From the NCBI GenBank assembly GCA_965153285.1, contig OZ229111.1: 64,000 nt of DNA; one strand, given 5' to 3'. Each line of letters opens with the position of its first letter. Position 1 is the first letter of the stretch. Shown here piece after piece: positions 49,357 through 61,586 of this stretch. Under the pieces are notes generated by a model. It worked only from the letters and a program-made list of their open reading frames with translations. It did no database searches and had not been told where the DNA came from. A program made the position numbers and the translations under genes. The DNA is from Podarcis tiliguerta. Lineage: Eukaryota.

Positions 49357-51259
49357 CTATTAAAAAAGAGATATCATTATATAGTATTAATATCCAGGTT
49401 TTCCACCATCACACCCAAACAAATGCAATGTTATCATTTTATGGCACCCTTCCAGCAACCAAGAGCTCTGCAGCTTTGATGTAACTTATTGGCATGGCAG
49501 CCCTCTGAGGAAGGTTAGACAGATGGCTGTTTTAAATGTGACAGAAGCCAAGCAGAAGCCACCCAAAAGCATCACGGTAGGTGTAGCCCATGTAGATGCT
49601 GCACTTAGCTAGCATAACGGATTAAGAACGTGCAGACACATCTGTTCCTTGGCCCATGGTTAGTAGTTAGAACAAAATGCTTTATAAATTTAGACCAGAA
49701 GAAGGGTGAAAATTTTATCTGGGCTGTTTGGAGTGGCTGCACAGAACCTCCACTTTTGCAATGGGCAAGGATCACCCCAAAGCTACCTGCAAATGACCAG
49801 AGATTAGAAACTGGCCCCACACATTCAGCCCTCATGCTACTTGCACTGCACTCTATTGCCCCACAGATTTTGTCCAAACCTGCAAATGGAAAATATTTGC
49901 ACCTTTGCATATTGGTATAAATACAATTTCTAAGGCTCAGTTATAATTGAGAATAAAAACTGAAGCATGATCCTGTTTAAACAGCTTCCTTATAGAATAT
50001 CTCTCTTACAGTTGTGCTTCTTCTCACCAATATTCCATTTTTCAGCACAAATAATGACAGCATGACTATAAGAAAGCGCTAACTGCACTTTGGCATTTTA
50101 AAAAAACATTGCTTATTTGTTTCCAGCTGAGATTCAAGGTGCAGGTATTGATATATGTGAATAGCAAACTCCACTCTCCAAATCTGGATTCACATGTATT
50201 CCCCCAAAATGGGGGGTGCAGGGGAGTGGGAGAGACTGAGCATGTTCAGTGGACACAGAATGCTGGCTGACTGCCGAAGGAAGGCAGGGGGCAGAATGGA
50301 ACATTGTAGGGAAGAGGGATAAAGTGAAATGAGAGGGGAAAGAAGGAACAGCTGCCTGGCACTCCACACTTAGCACAGGTCCCACTTGCACTGAGAAGCA
50401 TAAGAACATAAAAATATGTATAGAAAGAGGTTAACATTCCAGTTTCTTCAGAGATGGCATATCCAGGTGAAGAGATCATAGATAACGGCAGAGAAAAGCA
50501 TCTCCTAAGGATGCCATACATCCACTGAAAACTCATCAGGTTCACAAGGGTGACTCTGTATAAAACAGCTCCTTACAGAATGGGTGGTTTCCATCACAGA
50601 CCTCGCAGTGGATTCAGAGTGAAAAAACAAGGAAAATTATTAAGCAGTACAAAAATTAGCAAGCTGCCAACATCCGAGTGAAGTTTCAACATGTTGTCTT
50701 CCAGTTGCAAGCCTCCTGCTCTTGGATATTAGGTCAACGTTTTAGTAAATTCAATCCCGTCTTCACATATACAGTCAGTGTGGCAGGGGTGAGGCCAACT
50801 GACAGGTGGTAGGTTATGAAGTAATTTATGAGAAAAAGTTTCTACTAGTACCTTTGCTCAGTTCGAACGATGAAAATTCAAAACTGATGACTTTCACAAG
50901 TTACACAGTCACATTAAAGTAGTTTTTAAAACAAAAAAATAGTGTCACTGTCTTTGAATTATGTTTTTCTGGCTTCTGGAGCACAAAGCAGAAAACTGTT
51001 TCCAGAAAGAACAACTGCCAAGTGTATAAATTGACCATGCCCCACTTTGAGTCCATTTACATTCAATAAAAAAGAGGAATTGTACAGCATTTTCTTGAGC
51101 AACCACAGTAGTTTCAAGGCCTCATTGCTTAAACCACCCCTGTAGTTTGTACATTATAAACACTTCACTTTATAAACAGTTACATCTATGGGGATGGTTT
51201 ACATTTGGAATACCAACCTTACAAATGATATTGTACTTTATTGTATTTCAGTAGCCAAG

Positions 51260-51432
51260 AGTGTGAGCTGTGAGTTGCCTGCTAATCTCAACCACAAATT
51301 CACTAGATAATCTTGGGCAAGCTAACATTCTTCTCGGTGTTAAGCCCTACCATCAGTAATAGAGAGGGGAAATACTGCTGTACCTTACAGGGGTGTAGCA
51401 AGGACTGCTGAGATTATGTGAAGTGTACTGAA
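51260..51432 (+). mobile_element. MIR/CORE-like SINE remnant
   Basis: TCTTGGGCAAGCTA...TACCTTACAGGGGTGTAGCAAGGA...TATGTGAAGTG resembles the CORE-SINE body and tail; old. Confidence 0.45.
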
Positions 51433-52325
51433 TTCCTGAAGTGTTCCATGTATACTATACATTGTATAGGAAAGCTGGCATTCATGGCAAGGCGCCACTG
51501 TGGTTTCCAGGTAGACCAAGCCTGGAAGTCCATAATCTTTATGAGCCCAAAATATGCAGTCTGTGTGAGGCACCGATCAGGAACCCAGGACATTACAAAA
51601 TGTTAAGAAAAAGGAAAATAAACAGCCTTCCCTTCCATCACTCTTCTTTAACATGAATTCACCAGGAAAGAATTTGGAGGGGGAAATGGGTAGAGAGGGA
51701 AAGAGAACTCTGTGAAATTCAGGGCAGATGGGCAATGAAGAAGGAAAACTGGAAACTGCTCAGCTTAAGAAAATAACATTTTTGTTCTGTAGCAAGTAAA
51801 ATGCTCCTTCTCTCCACCCCCACGGGAGAAGGAAGATTTACTTGGTTACATCCCATCCTGAATCAGAGTTTCTGTCTGTATGCTACTCAGGTGTGCCCTC
51901 TCCCAAGAGGCTTGAGAGTTTTTATACTTCTGAACCACACACAGAGTCCCAAGCATGGCGGGATTCCTATAGCACTCAGAAGAAAAGCAGGCTGCTTGCC
52001 ATATAACCTCCTCGTATTTGTACTAATTGATTTTCTGATTTATTTAAAATATGTAAAAGCCTTACTTGGATTTGGCAGCTGCCTTAAAGAACAGGCTTCA
52101 CAGTTCCTGCCCACTGAGTAAGCCAAATACAATCTGCACTTGCAAAATGAAGAGGGGAATGGATTTAGCAGCAGTGCTAGGTACAATCGCATCTTAGCTA
52201 CAGATTAATAAGACTACAGGAGAGCAGGATTTCCTTTATTTCAGTTCCACCCAGCCTTTCTGCCATGTGTGAGGTTCCAAGCCAGGCTTTTATTCGAACT
52301 TGATGATGTTACAGCGTGACGCCAG

Positions 52326-52524
52326 GCTGCCACTGCACACTGGGTGCCACGACCACTGCCTTACCTCTTGTACTCTAGCGTCATGGTGGTGACTGGACCG
52401 GGGCCTGTACCGTGGTGGGAACTGGATCAGGGCCTTGTGGCAGAGGCAGAAGCCCAGGTCCAGTGGCTGTGCAAGAGTGCAAGAGGTAAGGCAGTGGCGG
52501 TGGCACCCAGTGTGCAGTGGCAGC
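52326..52524. repeat. GC-rich long inverted repeat (51-bp arms 52326-52376 / 52474-52524)
   Basis: GCTGCCACTGCACACTGGGTGCCACGACCACTGCCTTACCTCTTGTACTCT versus the reverse complement of the right arm differs at ~3 positions; inner 12-bp stem ACTGGACCGGGG / CCCAGGTCCAGT. Confidence 0.9.
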
Positions 52525-52739
52525 TGCGGAGGAGGCAGAGGTGAAGGCTGGGCACCCACAGGCACACATAACTAACATTTTGTGGGAGCCCAGGCACCCA
52601 GAGAGATGGCGCCTATGATTTAAGTGCAGGCAAACACACATTGTTCCAAAGGGAAGGAATGATAGTGGGCAAAGGCAGGGCAAGGCAGCGCCCTCAGAAC
52701 TAGACATAACAGGTAACCGAAGCAAAGAATGCCACTGTT

Positions 52740-53091
52740 CCCATCTTCTTCTTCTACTGCTGCTGCCACCTCCTGCAAGTAAAAGTTATTGCCCCAGAAC
52801 CTCAGAAACCACCCTTTGACATAACATGGGGGGGGGGTGAAATTAGTCACTCTTCTGGAGTTCTGTATGGAGGAGGCGGAGGACCATGTTCAACATGTCC
52901 TTCTACCATCTGGCTGGCATGCTGTATCAGGGTTGGGTGAGCCTCTCATTGCTTCTGCAGAACCCTTTAAGTTTTCTCCATCTGGAGATGGCAGCAGCTG
53001 TGGAGGAACAGCTACATCTAGGTCCCACATATGATTTGCTGCTATGCATACTGAGCTGCGGGAGGTGGCAGCAGAAGTAGAAGAAGATGGG
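52740..53091. repeat. Second inverted repeat pair (~37-bp arms 52740-52777 / 53056-53091)
   Basis: CCCATCTTCTTCTTCTACTGCTGCTGCCACCTCCTGCA versus CTGCGGGAGGTGGCAGCAGAAGTAGAAGAAGATGGG. Confidence 0.8.
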
Positions 53092-53490
53092 CACTGATGA
53101 CAAACAGGAACATAATAGCAAGTCTGGTGAGGAACTAGGATATTCTTGTTTGAGAAAACCGTCACAGATTTCCTTCCTCTCACCTGTAATGTTAGCCAAT
53201 TCTAATGGACTGATTTGATTTTTGTTGTGTGGCTAAAGTGCATTATTCTCATTATTAGAAACTGCCTCTGTTTCATGAAGAATGGACTATAAATTATAAA
53301 AAGAAATGAATAAATGTCCTGGAAGAGCAAGAAGATGCCATCTATGATGGAAAATGATGGGGGGGGGGGAAATATTTTTAAAAGTCAGGCAGTTAGAGAT
53401 GTGAATTTGCCCAGAGGGAGGCAAGACTGAGGGAGAGATACCTGAGAGACAAAAAGATCACATGAGACAAGCAGAGAGTATGTATAGAGG

Positions 53491-53604
53491 CAGGTGTGGG
53501 AAACCTTTGACCATCCACATATTGTTTGACCAAATCTCCCTTCAGTCTTGACCATGCTGGCTGGAGGGCTGTTGGGCATTGTAGTTCAGCAGGTTCCCCA
53601 TCCT
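53491..53604. mobile_element. Degenerate hAT-type MITE
   Basis: CAGGTGTGGGAAACCT ... AGGTTCCCCATCCT termini with a decayed hairpin core. Confidence 0.55.
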
Positions 53605-54535
53605 AATATAGACAAATTGCAGGTCTGGGTGATGTGGACTGAGAAACAGATGAGCATGTGAAAGAGATTAAGATTACATTAGTACCAGGGGTTCATTGTA
53701 CTAGTATAGTGGCAAGAGAAGAACACCCCACACCTACCATTTTGGTTATGATGGAGTACACAAATAAATTGGCTGGCAAACCAATGAGTGACAATGCAGC
53801 CAGCCTCTGCATGGATGGCATTGGCTAGCTTGAATCAGGATGCCTGGAAGCCTCCCAGTAGCTTCCTCGCTCAAATCCCTTATATTTATTCTGGAGGTAC
53901 ACCGTGTAAAACCCAGCTTCTCCAAATAGATCTATATCAACAGAGTAATGTATATCTGTAAAATATACACCACAAAATTAGTCATGGGACATGGCAAATG
54001 TATGTATACTGGAACCGGGTTGAAGAAAAACATCTCAAAACCTGAAGCCCAGAACATTTCATATCATACCAAGAACATTACAGTATGACGAAGCTTAATC
54101 TGGAGGCAACCCAGTCTCCATAGCCACTGCCACCATCCAAGGGAGCACCTTAGAGTGAAATGCCAAGGAAATGAATAACGCAAAACACCTGGCTACACAC
54201 TTCAAAACAACGCAACACTATGCTCAACAGAAGAAAGCAAACATTGTGTATCATGCCAGTGATGAAAAAGATTGTGGCCAATGTGCACATGCGAAGCAGA
54301 GCGCTTTAATACTGAGCACCAAATGGAATCTAAAGCCCAAAGAAAAATTTAAAACCCAAAGCAAATGAAAGCCATAAATTCTCATCTATGCCCAAATAAT
54401 GGGAAAGTTTCATAAATGTCTAAGAGAAAGCAACCTATAAGCAGCCCTTTACACAAGAGCTAGTCTCAAATAATAACAAACGGAAGCAAGTTGTGCTGAT
54501 ATAAACTTTGCTTTCCTCACAATGGTCTTGACATC

Positions 54536-54692
54536 ATGAGAACGACCTTGCTAGATTAGGCCAAAGGCCCACCTGGCTCAGCATCCAACATGAGTGCAAC
54601 AGCTCTCTCCCCCATTGTGATTCCCAGCAACTGGTATTCAGAGGCATACTGTCTCTGACAGTGGAGGGGTAGAACATCTTGGTAATGGCTAA
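54536..54692 (-). mobile_element. CR1-type LINE 3' fragment (antisense)
   Basis: GCTAGATTAGGCCAAAGGCCCACCTGGCTCAGCATCC...CCCAGCAACTGGTATTCAGAGGCATACTGTCTCTGA is reverse-complementary to the family at 26450-26720. Confidence 0.7.
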
Positions 54693-55240
54693 GTTTCCTC
54701 TTTTCAAGTCAAATGTGTGTGTTAGGTTTTCTTGGCAACTGTCCATTTACATATATATTGAATTTGATAGCACTATGGTCCCTATTCCCAGTCTGCTCAA
54801 CAACATTTAATCATGCACCAGATCCCAAGAACTGCTTAAGATTAAGCCCAGGGTTATTGCCCTTCTGGTAGCCTCCGTGACCAACTATTCTAGGGCACAG
54901 TCATTTAGGGTATCTTGAAATTTTATCTTTTCTTCATGACTGGAGCACATATGCACTCAGTCTGTGTGAGGGTAATTGAAGTCACCTGTTACTACAACAT
55001 TTCCTCTTTTGAATGTCTCCTTGATTTTATTCTCCATCTGACTATTTACTAAATTTAGCAAATAATAAAATGTTTGTGGAAAGGGGGTTGTTCATTTGTT
55101 TTTGTTCTTGTTTCCATTATGTATTTTGTGTTCTCCTTTTGTATTTTTTTGTTGTGAACCACCCTAGGATTTTTGGTATACAAATCTACAAATGAATGAA
55201 TGAATGAACGAATACCGCCCTGAACATTTTGTTCAACTAC

Positions 55241-55390
55241 ATCTCAGCTAAAGCATCCATGACAGATGGCCATCCAACCTCTGCTTAAAAACCTCCACCT
55301 CCCATCAACCCTGGCTAGTACAGTCAATGGTCAGGAGTGATGGGAACTGAAGTACAGTAACATATCGAAGGCCACAGGTTCTCTACCCTG
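55241..55390. mobile_element. CR1 fragment (antisense, 55241-55296) abutting a half hAT-type MITE (55297-55390)
   Basis: ATCTCAGCTAAAGCATCCATGACAGATGGCCATCCAACCTCTGCTTAAAAACCTCC is the reverse complement of the CR1 segment at ~34660-34712; then CTCCCATCA...TGATGGGAACTGAAGT...AGGTTCTCTACCCTG. Confidence 0.7.
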
Positions 55391-58300
55391 AAACTAAAGA
55401 AATTATTTATATTTGCAAAATTATTCCAGAGAATGAAGAAAGAATAACTACAGCAATAATCATCACTTAGAATGAGTACCTGGTGGAAAGATTAGTGGGG
55501 CAAGAACTGAGCTCAGAATACATGAATATTAACTGGAGCCCTTGCTCTCCAACACGCACCAGGGATTTTCTTTTCCAGCTGCTTATTTTGTTTTATTCAA
55601 ACAAAACACACAAGCATTAATTTTAGTTGTATTTAATTGAATAATTTCCCAGGAGAATAGTTCAGGAGAGTTTTAGAGCAGCTTGTTTCCAAAACCCATT
55701 ACTGACTGGCATATACCACAGCATCTGCGTGCCAACCAAAATAGGATGCTTTAATGTTACTGGAACTACTTTCGTTCCAGATGTGTTGAGAACTCCTGGT
55801 GATATAATGCAGGCAATAGCTGTATTTACACAAGGTAGTATTTTGAGTATCCTTTTCCAGTTATCTTGGGTAAGATAACAGACCCCTTAATTGGAAGCAT
55901 TTGAATATAAAGCGAGGTCACTTGTTTCTCCCCCTCATTCTTAAAGTTTTCCTTGCTTTGCTGTTCATTAAAATTGAATGTGAGGCAGACCAACAGTTAG
56001 CAAAGCAACAGATCATAAAAACATGAACATCTGCAATCTGAAAGACCTTAACAAGAAACATTGCATGGGCCACTCCAACTCATGGGGGCAAAATGTTGTG
56101 GTCGTGTCACCTTATGTAACTCCTCAAAGCAAATGAGCCAAATTAGACATCTCTGCACATTATTATTTTTTAAATGCAAATAGGAAAGGCTAGTTGATAA
56201 TGATCACAATTTGTATTGGGAGGGAACTCCCCCCCCCCCCGGCTGTCACCCTGGATCCAATGGAGAATTGCTTTCCAATGCAAATAGCAGCTTCAGCAAA
56301 ATGGTTATCATGAATGCAGTGGAGGAATAGGTTAAATTTCACATCCTTGCCTTCCATGATCCCGAAAATATACAGGAAGCCCCCCTCAGGTGATATTTTA
56401 ATTTCTAAAATGTACTTATTAAATGAAAAGATGCATGCAACGTAACATCTGGTTTGGCCCTTAGATGTTCAACAGAAGCAGAATTAGGACTGCAGTGGTG
56501 CAGTTTTGGTACTTGATTAGGGTTTAGGGTAAATCAGAACACAACTTGACCAAAGTGGCTTTCCAACATGCTAGGTCAGGTCACATTGCCTTCTAGGCAA
56601 CCTTCAGGGGGGCATATGCCAATGCTGGGCAGGACCAGAAACCAAAGTGAACAGAACAATAAATGTCAAGCTTGCCTTTGTACAATAGACTTATCTTTTA
56701 TGCACATTCCTCTCTATTCCCATCCAGGCAAGCAAGCTGCATTATCAGGGATATGTTCTAATCTAGTCAGACATACATACTTGAGGAGGATGCAAAGCAG
56801 GGCCAGTGAAGGGTGTGGCAGGGGTAATATACCTAAGAGGAGTGGTGAATATAAGCACTGTTTATGTTGTTACACAGAAGGTTTTACATTAAGGAAGAGG
56901 CTTGGAAAGAGATGGGGAAGCCGGACAGGAGTTGCATGAAATTCAAAGGCTGCCTCCTTAAAGGACCTTGGTGGTTTTTAGCACACAAATACATTCTGTG
57001 ACTGGCAGAGTTGAAAGCAATTACCCTCTCAAGATCTAACTAGATGGGGCTTTAAGCACATGATGTAAGAAGGTGCTTGGACTGGTCACATCTTGTCTAC
57101 AAAAAAGGAAAAAGTAGTGGAAGATGTTGCCCGGGATGAGGGCTAACAATTTGGGGCATTCTCCTGCTGATAACTTCCTTCTCCCCAACTGTTATTTTCC
57201 CACATTTTTAGAAGTTATGGGTAAGAGCATTTTCAGAGGGTATTGTTTTTGGCAGGAAAACAGCATGGGAGAAGAAGTAAGCCATCTTCCCACCACTTCA
57301 TGGCCCTGATAAGGACCTTTTTGCAAACAGAGAGGCATGGCTAGTCTGAGCACAGTTTAAAACCATGTGTTTAAAGTCATGTCCAGTTTGAGCCTCAATA
57401 ATTTGTTTATGGGCAGCAGCCATCATCCTGGTGCCATTCTCCTTCCAGCTGAAAAGTTAAACCGAACCAATGGCCTGAGTACTGTCAGTCTCTGGTTCCT
57501 GCCATCTATTTCAAGCAATTGTACACATTTGTAATGAAGCTGCAGCCTGTTTTCTTTCCAGCTCTGTGTGCATCGTTTCTCCGTTCCACTCTGTTCCCAC
57601 TGTGGGCACACAAATCAAAATACAGACAAATACAAACAGCAGCTGCAACAAAAGTAATTTAATCTAGTTTAAGCTAAAGAATCAAAGGGAATTAGCTGCT
57701 CCAATCCTTTTTCCATCCCAAATGGGATGTGGATACCTTAACTTTGACAGCATTCTATTCTAAGCATCGCTTACCCCAAACTGGTACATGAAGTCATTTT
57801 GATGAAAAACAAAATCAAAATATGATTAATTCTAATGCTAGTTTGAAAACATGAATAACATCTGCCAACAGGTAAGAAATGACAACGGATCTTCTGATAC
57901 TTCCTAGTTTTGCATAACTGTCCTGTCTATGTCCTCAAGACCTATACTTTCCCTCCTGCTATAGTGTGTGTATGAATCTAAACCACAGGTGTGTTTGCAT
58001 TGTGCAAAACTCTGGGCTTTGGACCTGGAATAAAATTAGCACCTAATATCAATATATTCTGTCCATATTTCCTACACTGGACAGAATATATGCATATTAC
58101 ATCCCAATGAAGAACTACTGGACCCTGGTAAGTAGGGAACAGAGATGTACATGTAATCCTTTAGTCACTGGGCCATTAAATCTATGTTGAAATGATACTG
58201 TCTCCTGCTGGATAGCCCTTCATGAACTATGAAACAAGGTGGCCCCAAAGCCAATACACACATAAACTTCAATGGGCAACAAGAGATTCAGCCCAATAAA

Positions 58301-58924
58301 TCCCCACTGCCGTTCTGAGCTGCTGGCCTGTTTGGCAATATATCACCAGTGAAAGGACCATTAGAAAACACTCACTGGTCAGCAAGACACAGATGTGAAC
58401 TCCTCTGTTTGACCTGCTTGGCACTGAGTGATGAAAGCTATGCACTGATTGATAACTCACAAAAGGCAGGAATCCTGCTGCAATACAAAGACCTTGCCAC
58501 ATGGGAGCACAGCGATAGCATCTCAAACACCTTGCAAGCAGTTTACTTTAACTAGATCAAAGTAAACACCATTAGTTGCAGAACCAAGAGCTTTAACTCA
58601 CTGATCAGAGCGCTCATACTATTCTTCCATGCAAGAAAAGTCACTGTGACAATTATCTGTGCTTGAAGAGAAACCAAACTTAAATACCTCCACTTTCAGA
58701 AGAGTCTCAGATTCTGGAAATGCCTGAATTACAAAGGTGAAGACAAGTAAGAATAAACCTGGAATTCCTGAAAAATTAGAGGGGAACTAATTTTCTTTTT
58801 TTAAAAGAAATATCCAGACTTATACAAGCACTGGGGTATCTATATATAAAAATGGATTGGACCACATTTGATATGCCGCTGAACATACAGAAAGCTGAAA
58901 TTTCATGCTCACATATTCCAAAAC

Positions 58925-61586
58925 TTACTTACTTATCAAACCTTTATTAGGCATTATACAAATAAAACCATAAAAGAGAAAATAAGATATAAAAGCCTTG
59001 AAATATATATAAAAAGGCAGCAGTTGGCTACATACATATATATATATATGCATATAGAGTCAGTGGTTTTCCTTGTTAACCTGCTCCTTGGAGAACTGCT
59101 ACCAAAAACTCGGCTACCCCCGCCGTTACCCTTTGGTCAACGTCGGATAGGCAGAATCCCACACATTCACCTTGCTGGGGTTCCAGACCACCCAAAAGAG
59201 GGGACAGCACGCGTTGACGGAGCGTACGGTACAATGGGCAATGAAAGAGAATATGCTCTACGGTGTCCGGGACATTCATAGAACATCTGCAGAATCTCTT
59301 GTTTCTGGGAATGTTTTGATATCTTCCCCTGACAAATGCTGAGGGAAAAACATTCAAACGGGCCAGCATAAAAGCCCTACGTTGGGCTGGGATTATTAAT
59401 TTAGTGACGTAATTGGCTCTGCCAGCTAAGATATTTAAACCATAGAATATGGGAGAGCAAATTTTGTTTACAGCTGCCATAATATTTTGCCTCTCGACAT
59501 CCTTTAGTCTAGTTAGGATATTATGGAAAATGTATTGCTCATTAGAATTGTACAGGGGCTCCAGCTCGATGCCTAAAGATTCAATCTTTTTTTCGAGGTA
59601 CTGATACCATCTTGATTTGTAGGAGTCTTTGAGCAAATCTGCGAGCAGACTTGATGGAGGGCAGCGAAAATGGCAGCGTAACCAGTACTTTATTGAGGTG
59701 GACCAGGCCCAGTATTCCATTGTGTGTATGCCTATTTCTGCACACATTGTTTCATATTTAATCGCAGCTGGGAGTCCAAGAATACGTCTCAAAAAGCTGG
59801 AGTGAATCTTTTTTAAATCACTATTATATGCTTGGACCCATAGCGGGATTCCATAGAATATCTGGGATTGCACTTTTGCTTGGAATATCTGATTGGCCGC
59901 AGGAATAAATTGATTGCCTTTCTGATAATAAAAACGGGCAACTGCTGATGAGGTGCACTTTGCCTGTTTTATGGCATTTGTGCGATGATTTGCCCACCCT
60001 AAATTGCTCTGGAATAAGATTCCCAGATACCTATAGATTTTCACTTGTTGGATTTCTTGCCCTCTTATTTTCCATTTCTCTAATTTCCAACCATTCGAGA
60101 AGACCAAAATTTTTGTCTTCTCGTAATTTATAGAGAGTTTGTTACATTCGCAGTAAAGGATCAGAGAAGATATAAGACGTTTCAGACCCAAGCTCGTTAA
60201 TGATAGTAGAACAGCATCGTCTGCGTATAATAACAGAGGAACTGGTTTCTGATTAAGTTTAGGGGCATGTGATTCTATTTTTTGAAGGTGATCTGGCAAG
60301 TCTGATAAAAATAAATTAAATAGAAAGGGGGCAAGAATACACCCTTGTTTTACCCCTTTCGAGTTTGGGATGTCTGATGAAAGGTGACCTTTGGTGTTAA
60401 GTTTGACTTGACAGATATTGGAAGAGTATAAATTTTGTATTAGAATCAATAAGCGCTGGTCAATTTTTAATTCTGCGAGTTTCCTCCACAGCTTTGGGCG
60501 GTCAATTGAGTCGAATGCACCACGAAAATCTACAAAAGCAGCATATATCTTAGATTGCCTTTGAGATCTGTATTTTTCAACCAAATGCATAAGTATAAGG
60601 CAGTGGTCTAATGTAGAGCAACCTTTGGAGAAACCTATTTGTTCTTTCCCTGGTAAATTTAGATTTTTCATCCAGGTGAGGAGTTTAGATAAAAGGTGCT
60701 TAGCGTAGATTTTCCCTATCACTGATAATAGGCTTATCGGTCTATAATTCCCTGGTTCTTTTGGGTCGCCATTTTTAAAGATTGGGATAATTATTGATCT
60801 TAACCATATCTCAGGTATGATCCCATATTTATCTATGAGAGTAAACAAGTGAGCTAAGGGTTCTGCCCACCAATCTATATAGGTCTTAAATAATTCTATT
60901 GGTAGACCGTCTGGCCCAGGAGATTTCCCCGATTTGAAATTTTTAACTATCTCTCTAATTTCCTCTTCTTCTACCCTTGGCCACTCCTGGAGTTTATTGA
61001 TTTTATTTTTAGTGGTTTCATTTCCTTTAAGTTCACTGTGTAGATTGTTAAATACAGATGTAAAATATTGGGACCATTTGGATTCTGCAATTGGTGGTAG
61101 AGTTAGTTGATTTTCGGCTTTCAATCCTCCGTACACTAGGTTCCAGAGCGCTTTGTTGTTTTTACTCTGAATTGAGTCGAGTAATTGTAGCCATTTTTGG
61201 GTTGCATATTTCTGTTTCTTTTCGGCCAGAATGTAATGATATTTTCTTTTTTCATCAAGATAAGAGGGCTCTAGTTTAGTGCGATTATTTTTAAATGTTT
61301 GGCGCAGTTTTCTTTTTAGCTGGAAACATTCATCATCAAACCAAGGGCTAGCGCTATATTTAAGTACCCAAGCTTTAGGTGGAGTACCGAGTTCTACGAA
61401 CATTTGGAAGATTTCATTATAAATTTTCGGAATATCGCTGTAGGAATTAGCGGTCTTTAAGTTGGATAATACTTGCTTTCTCAGGTTGGCTGTGAGTTTT
61501 TGCCCCACTGCTGCGCTCATTTCCTGGGACCATTTTAATTGGGTCATTTGTTTGTATTGAGAGGGTTCTATGATATTGTGCTTGGT
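58925..61586 (-). mobile_element. Young 5'-truncated non-LTR retrotransposon (LINE; RTEX-like by motif impression), ~2.66 kb, in a STX8 intron
   Basis: Exact 11-bp TSD TATTCCAAAAC (58914-58924 and 61587-61597); on the - strand the 3' end reads AATAAAGGTTTGA(TAAG)3; 150-bp 3' UTR; intact RT ORF. Confidence 0.95.
59076..61586 (-). CDS. LINE ORF2 remnant: reverse transcriptase plus C-terminal CCHC domain, endonuclease lost by 5' truncation
   Basis: 823 aa from Met 61547, with the frame open a further 13 codons up to the TSD; motifs KSPGPDG, NYRPISLL, FVDFRGAFDS, GVKQGCILAP, LLYADD, YRYLG, CRC..DTVEHILFHC; no stops or frameshifts. Confidence 0.93.
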   Translation of the reverse strand, partial: TKHNIIEPSQYKQMTQLKWSQEMSAAVGQKLTANLRKQVLSNLKTANSYSDIPKIYNEIFQMFVELGTPPKAWVLKYSASPWFDDECFQLKRKLRQTFKNNRTKLEPSYLDEKRKYHYILAEKKQKYATQKWLQLLDSIQSKNNKALWNLVYGGLKAENQLTLPPIAESKWSQYFTSVFNNLHSELKGNETTKNKINKLQEWPRVEEEEIREIVKNFKSGKSPGPDGLPIELFKTYIDWWAEPLAHLFTLIDKYGIIPEIWLRSIIIPIFKNGDPKEPGNYRPISLLSVIGKIYAKHLLSKLLTWMKNLNLPGKEQIGFSKGCSTLDHCLILMHLVEKYRSQRQSKIYAAFVDFRGAFDSIDRPKLWRKLAELKIDQRLLILIQNLYSSNICQVKLNTKGHLSSDIPNSKGVKQGCILAPFLFNLFLSDLPDHLQKIESHAPKLNQKPVPLLLYADDAVLLSLTSLGLKRLISSLILYCECNKLSINYEKTKILVFSNGWKLEKWKIRGQEIQQVKIYRYLGILFQSNLGWANHRTNAIKQAKCTSSAVARFYYQKGNQFIPAANQIFQAKVQSQIFYGIPLWVQAYNSDLKKIHSSFLRRILGLPAAIKYETMCAEIGIHTMEYWAWSTSIKYWLRCHFRCPPSSLLADLLKDSYKSRWYQYLEKKIESLGIELEPLYNSNEQYIFHNILTRLKDVERQNIMAAVNKICSPIFYGLNILAGRANYVTKLIIPAQRRAFMLARLNVFPSAFVRGRYQNIPRNKRFCRCSMNVPDTVEHILFHCPLYRTLRQRVLSPLLGGLEPQQGECVGFCLSDVDQRVTAGVAEFLVAVLQGAG

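Noticed and set aside
52290-53199. Cluster of overlapping ORFs on both strands
   Set aside because: Explained by GC-rich inverted repeats that are poor in stop codons; no protein similarity.
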